Assembly: GCF_021869535.1 (NCBI RefSeq)
Contig: NW_026262679.1
Location: 87,978,001 to 88,042,000 of the forward strand
Direction of reading: 5' to 3'
Source: Mytilus californianus
Lineage: Eukaryota
DNA: 64,000 nucleotides
This document shows, one piece after another, positions 48,975 through 61,377 of this stretch (position 1 is its first letter; each line of letters starts with the position of its first letter). The translations under genes and the position numbers were made by a program. The notes under the pieces were generated by a model, which saw only the letters and a program-made list of their open reading frames with translations, was not told where the DNA came from and made no database searches.

Positions 48975-50275
48975 GCAGGAGATGAGAAGCAGCATCTCCA
49001 TACTGGACTGGCGTAAGTTCATCATTCTGTAACCTTGTTTTAAGTGTTTGAAGTCTGTAATCTATTTCCCTGTATTTTCACTTTCTTGGAACACGTTTCC
49101 CACCGGCTCTGTATTGGATACGTGTGAGAGCACGGAAGGCTTCTTGTCTCAACAACTTAATCATGCTGAAGATGTTTGGGTGAGGTGCCTTGGCTAACTT
49201 CTTCAGTTTACTATGCCAACCTTATGATTTGTTGTTATAGGACCTTCTGTTGCGTAGTGATTCCATAGGCTTTGGTTGTTGTCTACCCAGTAGCTTGTAA
49301 CATAGTCTGTGAAGTTAAAAGTTGGTGTATCAGTATCTGCAGCATCGATGTCCTCCAGTGCGTTAAACCAAACATCTTCGACTGTATTGGGTGGTAAAAG
49401 TGGCAGAACAGCAGCTCTCCGAACAAGTTGGTGAATGTTGCCTTTTTCACTGTATGCAGTCTGCAAACCATGCTTCTATGCATTTCTCCAGATACACTGA
49501 GTGTAGTGAAAAAAAGCACCCTTTAATGTTGATTCCTGGGAAGATTGAAGTCGCTGCGTTTCTGATGGCTATTTCGTAGTCGAGGAACATCGTGGCTGGT
49601 TGTATTAGTATGTTGAATTAGTTACATAGATCTTGAAGAATAGTGAGTAGCCTTGTGTATATCTGCTGATCTTTACCGGGTAGGAGACTGTAAACCAGTG
49701 GAAACATAGTACCATCAACTTTAGCATGGAAAGTGTATAGCTGGTAGAACAGTGTTGGACAAACATAGAATGTTCCATCACAGTAGATGGGCATCATGGT
49801 GTCTGCTGCTGTTAGATGTATGAGGTTCTCTTGGGCACTGAATACAAGCGTTCAACCATTGATGTTATCATCTGCAAGTAGGAAAGGTTGTCCAGTAGTA
49901 GTTTCAGTCCATTCACCATCTCCTAGCTGTGATATCTGCTACTGATGTTGGTAGTGCAGGTAATGTCTTGTGTCTCTCGTTGTAAAGCTGGTCTTTGCAT
50001 GAGTAGAAGGTTGGTATGTGTTCAACTAGTTGGTGTGTGTCATAATTCTATTCTCGGTCACGGAGTTTTACCAATTCTTCTTCATAGATAGTTGGAATTG
50101 CAGTGAGTTCATCATTACAACGGGATTTCATACGTTCTAGTACATCGTCTACTCTGAGTTGCATTCTGTCTGAGTGGTGATTGCCATCCACTTTGGTTGG
50201 TATGTTGTTGTGTGTTGATAGTGGCAGGGCAGTTACGGGTAGAGCATTTCCAATAACATCTGTCTCCACGTCTTG
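48975..50275 (-). pseudogene. Mutator-like (MULE) DDE transposase pseudogene
   Basis: Minus strand decodes to ...PIYCDGTFYVCPTLFYQLYTFHAKVDGTMFPLVYSLLPGKDQQIYTRLL...MFLDYEIAIRNAATSIFPGINIKGCFFHYTQCIWR...VRRAAVLPLLP...FTDYVTSYWV...WNHY...EGPITTNH...HPNIFSMIKLL, i.e. the MULE DGTF, DxE and GCxFH motifs, with in-frame TGA, TAA and TAG stops. Confidence 0.88.
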
Positions 50276-50481
50276 ACTTTATCTGGAAGTGGTAGGATAC
50301 ATGTTTTCAAACAAAAAAAATCCCATTTTTTTACATAAATTTCATATAAATAATTATTTTTATTTAATTTCCAGAGGTAAATTTACCTGTGACCTAATTA
50401 GACACTAATGACTAAAACAACATATTTTGCAACAACATCTATTCTTCTTCCCATAATCTCCCATGTAGGAATAGCCAGAAT

Positions 50482-50930
50482 TATGGCAAGCCGTTTTACT
50501 ATTTATTCCAACTTCAAGATATCTAATAAACTTTACGAGATATCTCATATAGTTTATAAGATATCTTATATAATTTTCTTTATAAGATATCTTATAAATT
50601 ATATGAGATATCTTATAAACTATATGAGATATCTTATAAACTATATGAGATATCTTATAAACTATATAAGATATCTTATATAAGATTACATAAAAATATT
50701 CATAAGATATCTAATAAACTTTATAAGATATCTTATAGACTTTATGAGATATCTTATAAACTTTAGAAGATATCTAGATATCTTATCAAGTTTAAAAGAT
50801 ATCTTTTAAAGTTTAGAAGATATCTTATGAAAACTAAATTATATGAGATATCTTATATATTATATGAGATATCTTATATATGATATGAGATATCTTGAAG
50901 TTAGAATAATTAGTAAAACGGCTTGCCATA
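50482..50930. mobile_element. IS3EU-like non-autonomous element with an internal palindromic ~21-bp array
   Basis: 43-bp terminal inverted repeats (2 mismatches), termini TAT...ATA, 6-bp duplication CAGAAT (50476-81, 50931-36). Interior is GAGATATCTTATAAACTATAT-type repeats. Confidence 0.75.
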
Positions 50931-52044
50931 CAGAATAGTAAAATACAAAATGTAGGAATAGCCAGAAGACGCCGTTTATTGGGCCCTGAACCTTCAGTAA
51001 TGGTTCATTGACTTTGGATATTTTGCATGTGTAAACCTTACAAACTCAAAGTTCCATCAGACTAAATATCGTTTAGATTATTACTTACAGTAAAAGATCA
51101 CATAATCACCAAAAGTTAACTGATCAACAAACCATGAGATTGATGTCAAGGTCAGACATACCAAGTTCATATCACGGTGATTCTGAAGACCACACATAGT
51201 TAACCCTCAGTAGTCATAGTAACGAATAAAAGCATCTTTTCATTTAAACAACCTAGATTAATGAGTCACAAAAATAGTTCAAGGCCATGTGTCTCTTTTC
51301 AGATGGATCCGACATGTACATGTTACAATGATTCTGTAGGCTAATAAAAGTTGACTTAATATTTTGATGCTAACTGATTAGAAACTGGCATAATCATTCA
51401 ACATAACGGATAAAAAGCCATTGGAATTAAAATACTGGCATGTGACATATGTAAATTGCTCCCATTATACAATATTTGAAAAAGGCACATAATAATGAAA
51501 CTTAACTTGATAAATGAAACATAAAAAATAAGTCAAAGTCAGATGTGTACACCGCGTTAAATGACTCTTTCGATCAAATACAGTTGACAAAATACTTGTC
51601 AGTAAATTGAGAAACTGAGTTAATCACGGATGATTAATGGTCGTTGGCTTCTGTCTACCATATTTGTTTTTCGTTCATTGTTGTAATCATAACAAGGTCT
51701 TTTATTGCTTATTATACGGTATGGGTTTTGCTCATTGTTGAAGGCCGTACGGTGACTTGTAATTGTCCATACCTTTGTCCTTTAGTCTTTATAGATAAGT
51801 GTCTCATTAGCAATCATAACACACCTCCTTATTCATGAGACCAGGGGACAGTATAAAAAAATAATCAGAAGACCATGACCAAGAGAAATACACAGAAAGG
51901 AGATTAATCATGTATGTCGATGTGTCTTCCTTTCACTCTAAACTTTTGCAATCAATTCCAGATGTGTGATTGAGTATACATGTTTGATTATTCTTCCCTT
52001 AGTTTATTTATTTTGTATTTACATTGTATCATAGGTCAAATTTA

Positions 52045-52490
52045 TTTGTTCAGTGTATGTTCACTGGTGTTAATATGTCTTTTGATTGAGTTAAGCCATT
52101 TCAATTGATATTTTATAGTGTGTCTTTCTATGTTGTGATGTTACACTATTGTTTCAGATAAGGATGAAGGCTTCGTACCATTAAAAAGTCTAAACCCGCT
52201 GCAATTGTTTGCACCTGTCCTAAGTCAGGAATCTGATGTTCAGTAGTTGTCGTTTGTTGATGTGGTTCATAAGTGTTTCTCGTTTTTTATATAGATTAGA
52301 CCGTTGGTTTTCCCGTTTGAATGGTTTTACACTAGTAATTTTTGGGGCCCTTTATAGCTTGCTGTTCGGTGTGAGCCAAGGTTCCGTGTTGAAGACCTGT
52401 ACTTTGACCTATGATGGTTTACTTTTATAAATTTTGACTTTGATGAAGAGTTGTCTCATTGGAACTCATACCACATCTTCTTATATCTAT
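52045..52490 (-). repeat. Abundant dispersed repeat (minus-strand copy of the 32085-32500 family)
   Basis: Reverse complement match, including TTGCACCTGTCCTAAGTCAGGAATC and GTTGTCTCATTGG...CATACCACATCTTCT. Confidence 0.75.
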
Positions 52491-52934
52491 TTATAAAATA
52501 TCTCATATAGTTTATAAGATATTTAATATAGTTTATAAGATATCTTGTACAGTTTATAAGATATCTCATATAATTTTCTTTATAAGATATCTTATAAATT
52601 ATATGGGATATCTGATAAACTATATGATATATCTGCTATCTTATAAACTATATGAGATATCTTATAAACTATATAAGATATCTTATATAAAAAGTATTTA
52701 TAAGATATCTTCTAAACTTTATAAGATATCTTATATTCTTTAGAAGATATCTTATAAACTTTAGAAGATATCGTATACAGTATATAAAATATCTTATAAA
52801 GTATATAAGATATCTTATAAAGTTTATGAGATATCTTACACAAACTAGATTATATAAGATATCTTATATATTATATTATATATCTTATATAAGATATCTT
52901 GAAGTTAGAATAAATAGTAAAACGGCTTGCCATA
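52491..52934. mobile_element. Second, left-truncated copy of the IS3EU-like element
   Basis: Same internal array. The intact right terminal repeat AGATATCTTGAAGTTAGAATAAATAGTAAAACGGCTTGCCATA spans 52892-52934. The left end is replaced by the dispersed repeat. Confidence 0.72.
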
Positions 52935-53484
52935 GAGGTGGTTTATGGCTAACGTTTGTGCATCTCCTTTTCTTTTTCTTTTGTTTTAGTAAGAATGGAA
53001 ATACAAAAAAGGTAAAATGAAGATTTTGGTACAATAAATTATAAAGATTGAATGAGAAACGCGTTCTTTAATTGTGAGATGCGAAATTAACAGGATTAGC
53101 ATGACTAAGCCCAAATGCAAAACTTACGACACTTTAACCAAACAACGTTCACCTGTTATAATGTCAACATGCTATGATTATAATAGGGATGTCATAAATA
53201 ACACTGCGTGTAACCTGCATTCCGCATGTACAGGCAAGGTATAGATCAATGTAACAATTTCGGAAGTTCGTGTCAATTTCCTTGAACTCTTGAAGTATCC
53301 CTAGGGTTTAAAACATTTTAAATAAAATAGAAAGTGGAATCATTTCACTTGCCTACCATCTAATTATCAAGATAACACCACTTAAACAAACATCACTATC
53401 AACTGGTATGTCTCACATAGATACAACTGTAGAACACATTTCGTAATATTTAGCGTTTGTTCGTGTAGCAGCAACAAAGAAAAT

Positions 53485-56400
53485 ATGATTATTTTGATGT
53501 TAATAATAACAGTTTCTTCCGTGACAGCAGATGTTGGTGAGTAGATTTAAATAATTTTTATAAACCGTGTAAATACCTTGATCTTTTCATAAAATCATGT
53601 ATCATACCTGAGACTACTATACTATTATAGTAGTCTCAGATCATACTTGCTATCATGATCGTCATGTTAGGATACCAGAGACAATTTATGCATTATAATA
53701 TTTCTGGCTAACGGATTGGTGTAACCATCGGAGACTGATAGTCCACGAAAACAGTACCAAAAATGTAAGGAATTTTGTATACATTCCTTTGTTTGTAGTA
53801 ATATAAATGCATGGTATCGATTTCTTTGCATGTTTTATTATGATCATTAGGCCACAAAAATATGCTTGTTTTCTGCTTCCTGTCAGATAAAACAGGATAG
53901 GTAGATAGGTAAAATGAATTTATACTGAACAAAATATTTTACAGACTAGAACTTATTTTGAAATGGTTATTTAAAGAGAAATGTTATGAATTTAACAATC
54001 ACGGTAGGTATAGTGTCCGCATGAATTCATGTTTTTTCTAGTGAATCGGTCCACTTTTTTCGAGTTGCAAGGGTTCTTAATGTGCAGAGTGAGCGTGGCA
54101 CTCTCTCTACACGCCCCATTCTGACCGGACGTGGCTGCGTACTTGAATATCCCGCACAGCCAAACGGACGACCCACTTTGGCAGGGGTTTTACTGCCGGT
54201 CGGAAGAGGACCTAAGTGAACATAAGTTATACCCAGTCCCCCTTTGAGGTAAACAATTTAAGAAAGATTTGTTATAAATCATGTCAGTGCCGAAGTACTG
54301 ACTACTGAGCTGATGATAAACTCGGGGACTTATCCAATGTATTTAATAAACAACAAAATAAATAATCTTTAATTTTTAATCTGTAAGCTTTAATACGACC
54401 CTTTTGAAATAATAATAAAAACAAACTAAATGTGTATATAATATGCGTACACCTCACACATATACATTGTCAATTTTTATTCTTTTAATTTCTGATGGGA
54501 ATAAAGCTTTGATGGCACTTTATTACTGTGTGAACAAGCATAATACTGTAAACCAACTTATTTTCGGGGATACTTTATTTCGCGTTAAGCCCTTTCTAGC
54601 CCAATTCACGGCTATTTAATTTCGCGATTTTCAAATTTACTTGATGTAATTAGACAAGGAAGGATCCAAGATTTAAATTTTTTTGCGACGATTTATATTC
54701 GCGTTATTTTTCTTCTCGCGAATGTCGCGAAAATAAATCGCTCGCGAAAATTAATTGGTTTACAGTACACGCTTGATCAGACTCCTCTTTACAGTAGGGG
54801 CATTTGAACATTGTTCTTGATTTCCATTTTTAGAACGATCAAACATATTACAATCAAGACAAATAGTAAATGAAACATTTATAGTAAATGAAACATTTAG
54901 GATATATTTTCTGTTAAAAATACACTATGTGTATGTACGTCTCAATCCAACATGTCTGAGCTCACATAAAGATTGTTTACATCACGAAATATTTACTGTA
55001 TGAATCCATATCGATACACTAACATGAAGATTTCTGAATACAAATTTAAAATGAACGATGCTTTTTTATGAAATTTACGTGTTAATACAGCATTATCAAA
55101 CTGGTTTAATGCATTTGTTTCGTGCTTTGAAAAGTACTTTATTTTAACCTTTTCGTTGTTTTTAAACGCAAATGCACTGACATATTACATTTTAAGCCAT
55201 AAGAATTTTGTTTTTTTACACTCGATAAAACAAGGACGCACTCGAAAAAACACGGACTGCTCTCGAAAAAACACGGACATATCAAAATGAATTTACTCTC
55301 CATAGTTCCTTTTCAATGCAAAAACAAGCATTTTTGTAAAGTGTCTGTATATCAAAGTATATAAAGATTCCATGTACGTTGACATTTGCATTGGTATGTG
55401 TATACAAATGGCTTTAATCTATATTGTGGAATAAACTGAACATTGTAAGGCTAAATTAAATGTTGTTTAAACAAAATAGTGTAGGGTTGATTATATCTTT
55501 TTATCACAAATACTGATTTACCTTCTATGATCTTGTATATAAGGTTCAAGCATCTTTTACGTCTTACCAGAAAAGATATCTGTTTGTTTACATTTTTGAT
55601 CATATTCACTCGAAAAAACGTGATCACACTCGAAAAAAAAACCCCGATTAAGTCACTCGAAAAACCACAATCCCAGCCGGACACTAAGCCTACGGTTACA
55701 ATACTAAACCAGAAATGTCCATAAAATGTGTTCAGTATGCATGCAAATTTTGGGTCAGTAGGGAGGAAGGAATCAGAACTATATTTGTTTCGCCTTGGAG
55801 AAATTCTTTTACATAAAACAAAGGAAAGAGATAAAGAATAATAACGCCTATGTTTATTCAAAACTGACTTGTTTAATTACATGTAGATGTGAACATTTCC
55901 CTAGTAAGATTCTGTTGGTATGTCGTACAGAAGGTAGATAAGTCAACTTTAAAATAATTGCAACAGGTATCATTCAATGACAAATAGTATTTCATTTTAA
56001 AGCTCGGGCATAACTTTCTACAGATAAATATTGTGATATGCACACCTATCTGCGATACATCTAAAACTTTGAAGACAATGTCCTTGCTGCATGATATTTA
56101 ATATTTTATTTTATTAACCAATCATGGTGCCCAAAATTTGAGCTATACAATCAAATGAATTACAAAATAAAGCACAATAAATGATTAAAATTAGTACATT
56201 TAAACAAAAACATGTATTCACATTTAAACAAATTAACATACTTATAAAAAATGTCATTGGTAAAACATTAAGTCATTTTGGAAGCCACTGTGACCTGGAT
56301 GCTGCATGTGTACATCTAGTGATGATGCGTTTGCCTCTCGCTTGTCTGTTTTTGTATATAATTGCATGGAAGTATTATAATGTCGACATATTACTAGTCC

Positions 56401-59400
56401 AATTGTTCTGAAGTCTGATGGTCTTTTTAGAGCTTGCTGGGACCCAAGGAAGTCCTAAAAATGCCGTCATTAGTCAGAGAAATCTCGAACTAATATAATA
56501 CTTCAATGATGCTAGTATTTGATATTGTAAGCCCAATAAATCGTTACAGGATATTTCTGGCATGTGACAGATTTCCACTGGGATCATACTTACATGAGTC
56601 AGGACCTTTCCTGTAATGAAGTCGTAGAAACCTATGGTATATATGGTGATTATTGGTGTGATGCCCCCTGGAAACTGGTGAACGACAGCGTTGAAGCAAT
56701 GAAGGCACTGAAACCTGATCCTGACTTTATATTGTGGACAGGGTATACTTTTCTTGACTTCCTTTCAATTTCTAGCGTTAAAGAGATAATGAATTTTAGT
56801 TTTTTTTTCAATGATAAAGGCATACTTATACGTATTGAGGATAACACTAGGAATTTACATTTTTAACGATTTTTTACACTGCATGGAATTTTTTATAGCC
56901 AGTAAGAAGCAATGGCTAACGGACTACTTAATATCAGACTTAAACCGTTAGAGTGTACAGGTTATAAAATGTTGCACGTATTTGAAATCGGTCTAAAGAG
57001 TATAGAAAATTATGTGATTATTAAGCTTTATAATTTGGCACACCGCTGTTGTACCGATTAAAAAAAAAACACAAATCAGAATATTCGCTGAAAAATAGCA
57101 TTATTCTTCAAAGGTGGGATAATTTATTAAGATGACTATTGATGACACTTAAAATTGATTTCAGAGACAATACTCCCCATACAAGTGATGAAAACGTTAA
57201 TTTTGAAATCCATGATGCAATATTGGGGAACATTACTAATCTTCTGAAGGACGTATTTACGACTGTTCCTGTGTATGCCACGTTAGGAAACCACGACTAC
57301 TTTCCTCATAACCAGTTCCCAGAGACTGGTAATTTGCTGTATAACAGGTCTTATGATAGATGGAAAAGTTGGATTGGTGAAGAAAGCATGGATCCATTTC
57401 TCCGCGGTAAATGTGCTGAGAAAAAAACATATTTATTTAGATTTTTGTTTGTTAGATCGGTTGTAGCAGCCTCACATTGATTGGTATAACCGAGTGGTTT
57501 TCTTTGTATCACTATATATCTATAGCACAACTTAATAAAATTGAGAATGGAAATGGGGAATATGTCAAAGAGACAACAACCCGACCAAAGAGCAGACAAC
57601 AGCCGAAGGCCACCAATGGGTCTTCAATGCAGCGAGAAAATCCCGCACCCGGAGGTGGTCCTCAGCTGGCCCCTAAATAAAATTATGTACTAATTCAGTG
57701 AAAATGGACGTCACACTAAACTCCAAAACATATAAATGAACTAATATTAAAAAACATACAAGACTAACAAAGGCCAGAGGCTCCTGACTTGGGACAGGCG
57801 CAAAAATGCGGCAGGGTTAAACATGTTTTGTGAGATCTCAACCCTCCCCCTATACCTCTAGTCAATGTAGAAAAAAGAAACACATAGCAATACGCGCAGT
57901 AAAACTCAGTTTAAAAGAAGTCCGAGTCCGATGTCAAAATAGGTAACAAAAGAAACTAAGCAAAATGACAATGATACATAAATAAACAAAGGACTACTAG
58001 CAGTTACTGACATGTCAGCTCCAAACCTCAATTAAACTGATTGAAAGACTATGTCTTCATCATATGAAAATCAAGTACAATCCCTCCCGTTAGGGGTTTA
58101 GTATCATACCATCATAAAATATGTGAGAAGAACATAACCCGTTCTTAAAACAATTAATGCAATAATTAATCGTTAAAAATCCACTATTATTCCTGTTTTG
58201 TACATATACATTCAAACAACTAAAATATTTTCTTATTATTTTTTTATAATTAACGTTATAGTATATATTTTAATTCAAGGTGCATATTACACACTTAAGA
58301 CTGCAACTGGTTTGAGAATTGTTGGACTGAATACAAATCTTTACTATACTTCTAACAAACAAACTGGTAGTACAGAGGATCCCGCCGGCCAGTTTGTCTG
58401 GTTAGAGAAAGTACTGGAAGCAGCAAAGGTAGCCAATGAAAAGGTCAGTAAATGTAAACAATGCATCCTGAGACTACTCTAACGTAGTTAACTTTACCAG
58501 TAGACACTGTTTGATTGCGAAATCGCCTCGTGAGCTCATATTTTTCTCCTAAAAAGATCATTTTCATTTATTTATCATCATGGGATTTATATGTGTATTC
58601 AGGAGTGGTGTTATTTCCGTTTCAAATCTGCTATACGACTATAGAAGGATACCAGAGTGACTGCAATAAAAGAAGTATAAACACAAAGTATAAAAGAATT
58701 AAGCAAAGAACTTGTCCTTCCAATTTTTCTCTTTTTTGCTTTCATTTTAGTATCAATTCACTTTGTATATCTAAAGTTTGATAGAGACAGAAATGCTTCA
58801 TTTATATTGTTTGTGTTGAAATTCTATATACATTTACTTTGGGTATGGCACAAAATCTCACCTTTCTGTGCTGTTCTTGAACGTTTTTTGTATGAAATCT
58901 ACCGCGAGGTACAGTGACGGATATTAGAGTGTAGAATGGTATGGTTTCTATTTCAGTGATGATCTTTTATGTACATTTTGTTATTCCACTAAATGAGATT
59001 AAAGAAGGATGTTAAAGTGTATCAATACAAGTTTAACGCCACCACATATCCATGGACTTATCCAAAAGCAGAAACCTTATCAGTGACTGTCTTCAGTTAC
59101 AACTTACTGTTTCTTTCAGTGTCCTCACAAGCCCAAAAGAAGAGCCCATTCATGGTAAGCCTACCTCAAGTTAGGATCCTCGACAAAGGTTGTCTAAGCT
59201 TTTATCTCTTTATAGATCTTTTGGTATTCATTTGATGTTTTACCTTATATAAGTTCTGTAAAACTTTCTTACATCTCAATGGGATACTGTCTTTCGTTTA
59301 TCAATAGGGACTTTTTAGGGCATAGTTGGTTCACATTTTGTTATCTTGGGGACTTTTATAACTTCCTTTATGATATGGGTGTGCTCATTGTTGAAGACAG

Positions 59401-61114
59401 CATGGTGACCTGTAGTTGTTTACAGCTATGTCATTTGGTCTTTGGTGGGTATTTGTCTCATAGGCAATTTTCATACCACATCTTGCATTGTAAATAGTTT
59501 GAATCATTAACTCAACAAAATGTTTTTCCCTCTGTTATCTATAAATAAATGTCCATTTGCAGTTTAGATTTAGGAATACAGCAATTGCATGCATTTAATC
59601 GAATGACTGGTTTGCACGCGACGCAGAAATATGCATAGTCACGTTTTGTCATATTCTGTATATTATATCTTGGTAACACCGTACATTCCGGTTACATGTA
59701 ACTGTCCCTAGATAACTTTAGAATATCACCAATAAGAATATTTTAAAATGTGACCTGATCAAACGAGTTATTGTTTCATGATACGTATATGTATTCCTTT
59801 GCATATTTGACTAGGTTCTAGTAACGGCACACGTACCACCGGGTGTAAATCCCACCACTGGTAGAGTCCCCTGGATGTATCCACAGTATAATACCAAACT
59901 GAACAGTATATTCATGAACTATACAGAACAGATTATTGGGATGCACTTTGGACACGAACATTCAGACAATTTTAGGGTCTACCATGACGACGCAGGTACC
60001 AATAGTTTGTGATATTAACCATCGGGCATCATCGTGAATTTTTCAAATGAAATTAATTAATCCAGTAAGAAAAATTCATAACTCAGCTGAAATAATGTCG
60101 GGTCTTTTCAATACTCCAATATATGTTGATTTTCTGGAAAAAATAGTGAATATTCCAATGAAAGGTCTCAGATTATGATAAATTTTTTTTGTACGAGTAC
60201 AAAATGTATGTTTCTATGAGAATGTAAAAATTCTAAAATCATACTTAGAAAACGTTTTTTATGAAATACTTTTCACTTTGATATTTAGAATGTCATGTTT
60301 ATTTTTACTTTATGTCATCATCGTGAATTTCTAGAACTGAATTTCACTATTCCAACAAGGAAAAAATACTATACTGAGCTAAAATATTGTTAGGTATTTT
60401 AACTATTCTTAAATACGACTAGATACGCTGCATTTTGAGAAAAAGGATGAATACTTCTGTTAAAAATCTAAGGTACGAGTGTATTCCATGAAACTGTGAA
60501 CATTCAATAATTTTACTTATACCATACCTTTATGATGAAATGTTTTCCACTTTTTCATTTTGTTTGTCATGTTTATTTTTACAGGTGAGGGTGTAATTGC
60601 ACAGTTTTGTGCGCCTTCTGTAACGCCTTGGCGGTACAAATTTGCTGGTAGAACTGGACCCGCTCATAATCCAAGTTTCAGGCTACTAAAATACGACAGA
60701 TCGAATGGAAACTTGCTAGACTTTACACAGTATTATATGGATTTACCAGAAGTCAATAGGAACAATCAATCTGAATGGAAAATCGAATATAATGCCACCA
60801 CGGCCTATGGGTTGGTTGACCTCTCTCCTTCGTCGATGGCACAACTTGTTACCCGGATGAAAACTCAGAAGAACCAAGAATTTCAATCTTTCCGTAAATT
60901 CTGGACAGTTAGTGTTAGTGAGAATTATAAAGAACTATGTGATGAAAAATGCCATGCTGGTTTTTATTGTAATTCTAGACATTTGGAAAAAGACAGTTTT
61001 GAAAACTGCTTTAATGGTCTTACAACTTCGGCAGCACCGTTTTCGCCAAATTATAATGGCTTAACATTCAGTCTCCTAGTGATATGTTCAACTTTTGTCA
61101 CACAGTTTGTTTAA
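53485..61114 (+). CDS. SMPDL3: Acid sphingomyelinase-like phosphodiesterase 3 (SMPDL3A/B family metallophosphoesterase), signal peptide plus GPI-like tail, 6 exons, 453 aa
   Basis: Exons 53485-53536 (MIILMLIITVSSVTADV, donor gtgagt), 56550-56742, 57165-57406, 58280-58443, 59815-59995, 60585-61114; phase-consistent, 1362 nt. Motifs FWHVTDFHWD, GDYWCDAPW, WTGDNTPH, LGNHDYFP, LNTNLYY, DPAGQFVWL, AHVPPG, FGHEHSDNFR, APSVTPW, NPSFRL. Exon 1 is the least certain. Confidence 0.93.
54546..54765. mobile_element. Tc1/mariner-type MITE (220 bp) in SMPDL3 intron 1
   Basis: TA|CTGTAAACCAACTTATTTTCG ... CGAAAATTAATTGGTTTACAG|TA; internal TCGCG motifs. Confidence 0.8.
57535..58145 (+). repeat. Abundant dispersed repeat in SMPDL3 intron 3
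   Basis: GGAAATGGGGAATATGTCAAAGAGACAACAACCCGACC...GGCTCCTGACTTGGGACAGGCGC; related to 46738-47445. Confidence 0.65.
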
Positions 61115-61377
61115 ATTAAATACTTTTCTGTTTACCAATTGATGAAAAATAGTGGATCTTCTAAAAGCTAGATCATGTACAAACACTTAGTTAAACCCTT
61201 TCGTGATTAAAACAAATACAAATATGTCACGTATAACTTTGTACCATCTTTCATATTCTTGTTACGATTTTCGGTCCACATAATTGATAGTTGCCTTATA
61301 ACTAATATCTTGATATTCTTACACATCTGTAAATAGTGTACAATTACTCTATAAAGAACTAGAAATCCTACTAATTA

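Noticed and set aside
49203-50269. Stop-codon readthrough or selenoprotein reading of the MULE ORF
   Set aside because: The interruptions include TAA and TAG as well as TGA, plus frameshifts, which fits ordinary decay.
50408-53020. ORFs with YLINYMR / YKISY repeats
   Set aside because: They are translations of the palindromic array inside the IS3EU-like elements.
56313-56411. Signal-peptide-like MMRLPLACLFLYIIAWKYY as SMPDL3 exon 1
   Set aside because: It runs into a stop with no suitable phase-1 donor. 53485-53536 has a consensus GTGAGT donor in the required phase.
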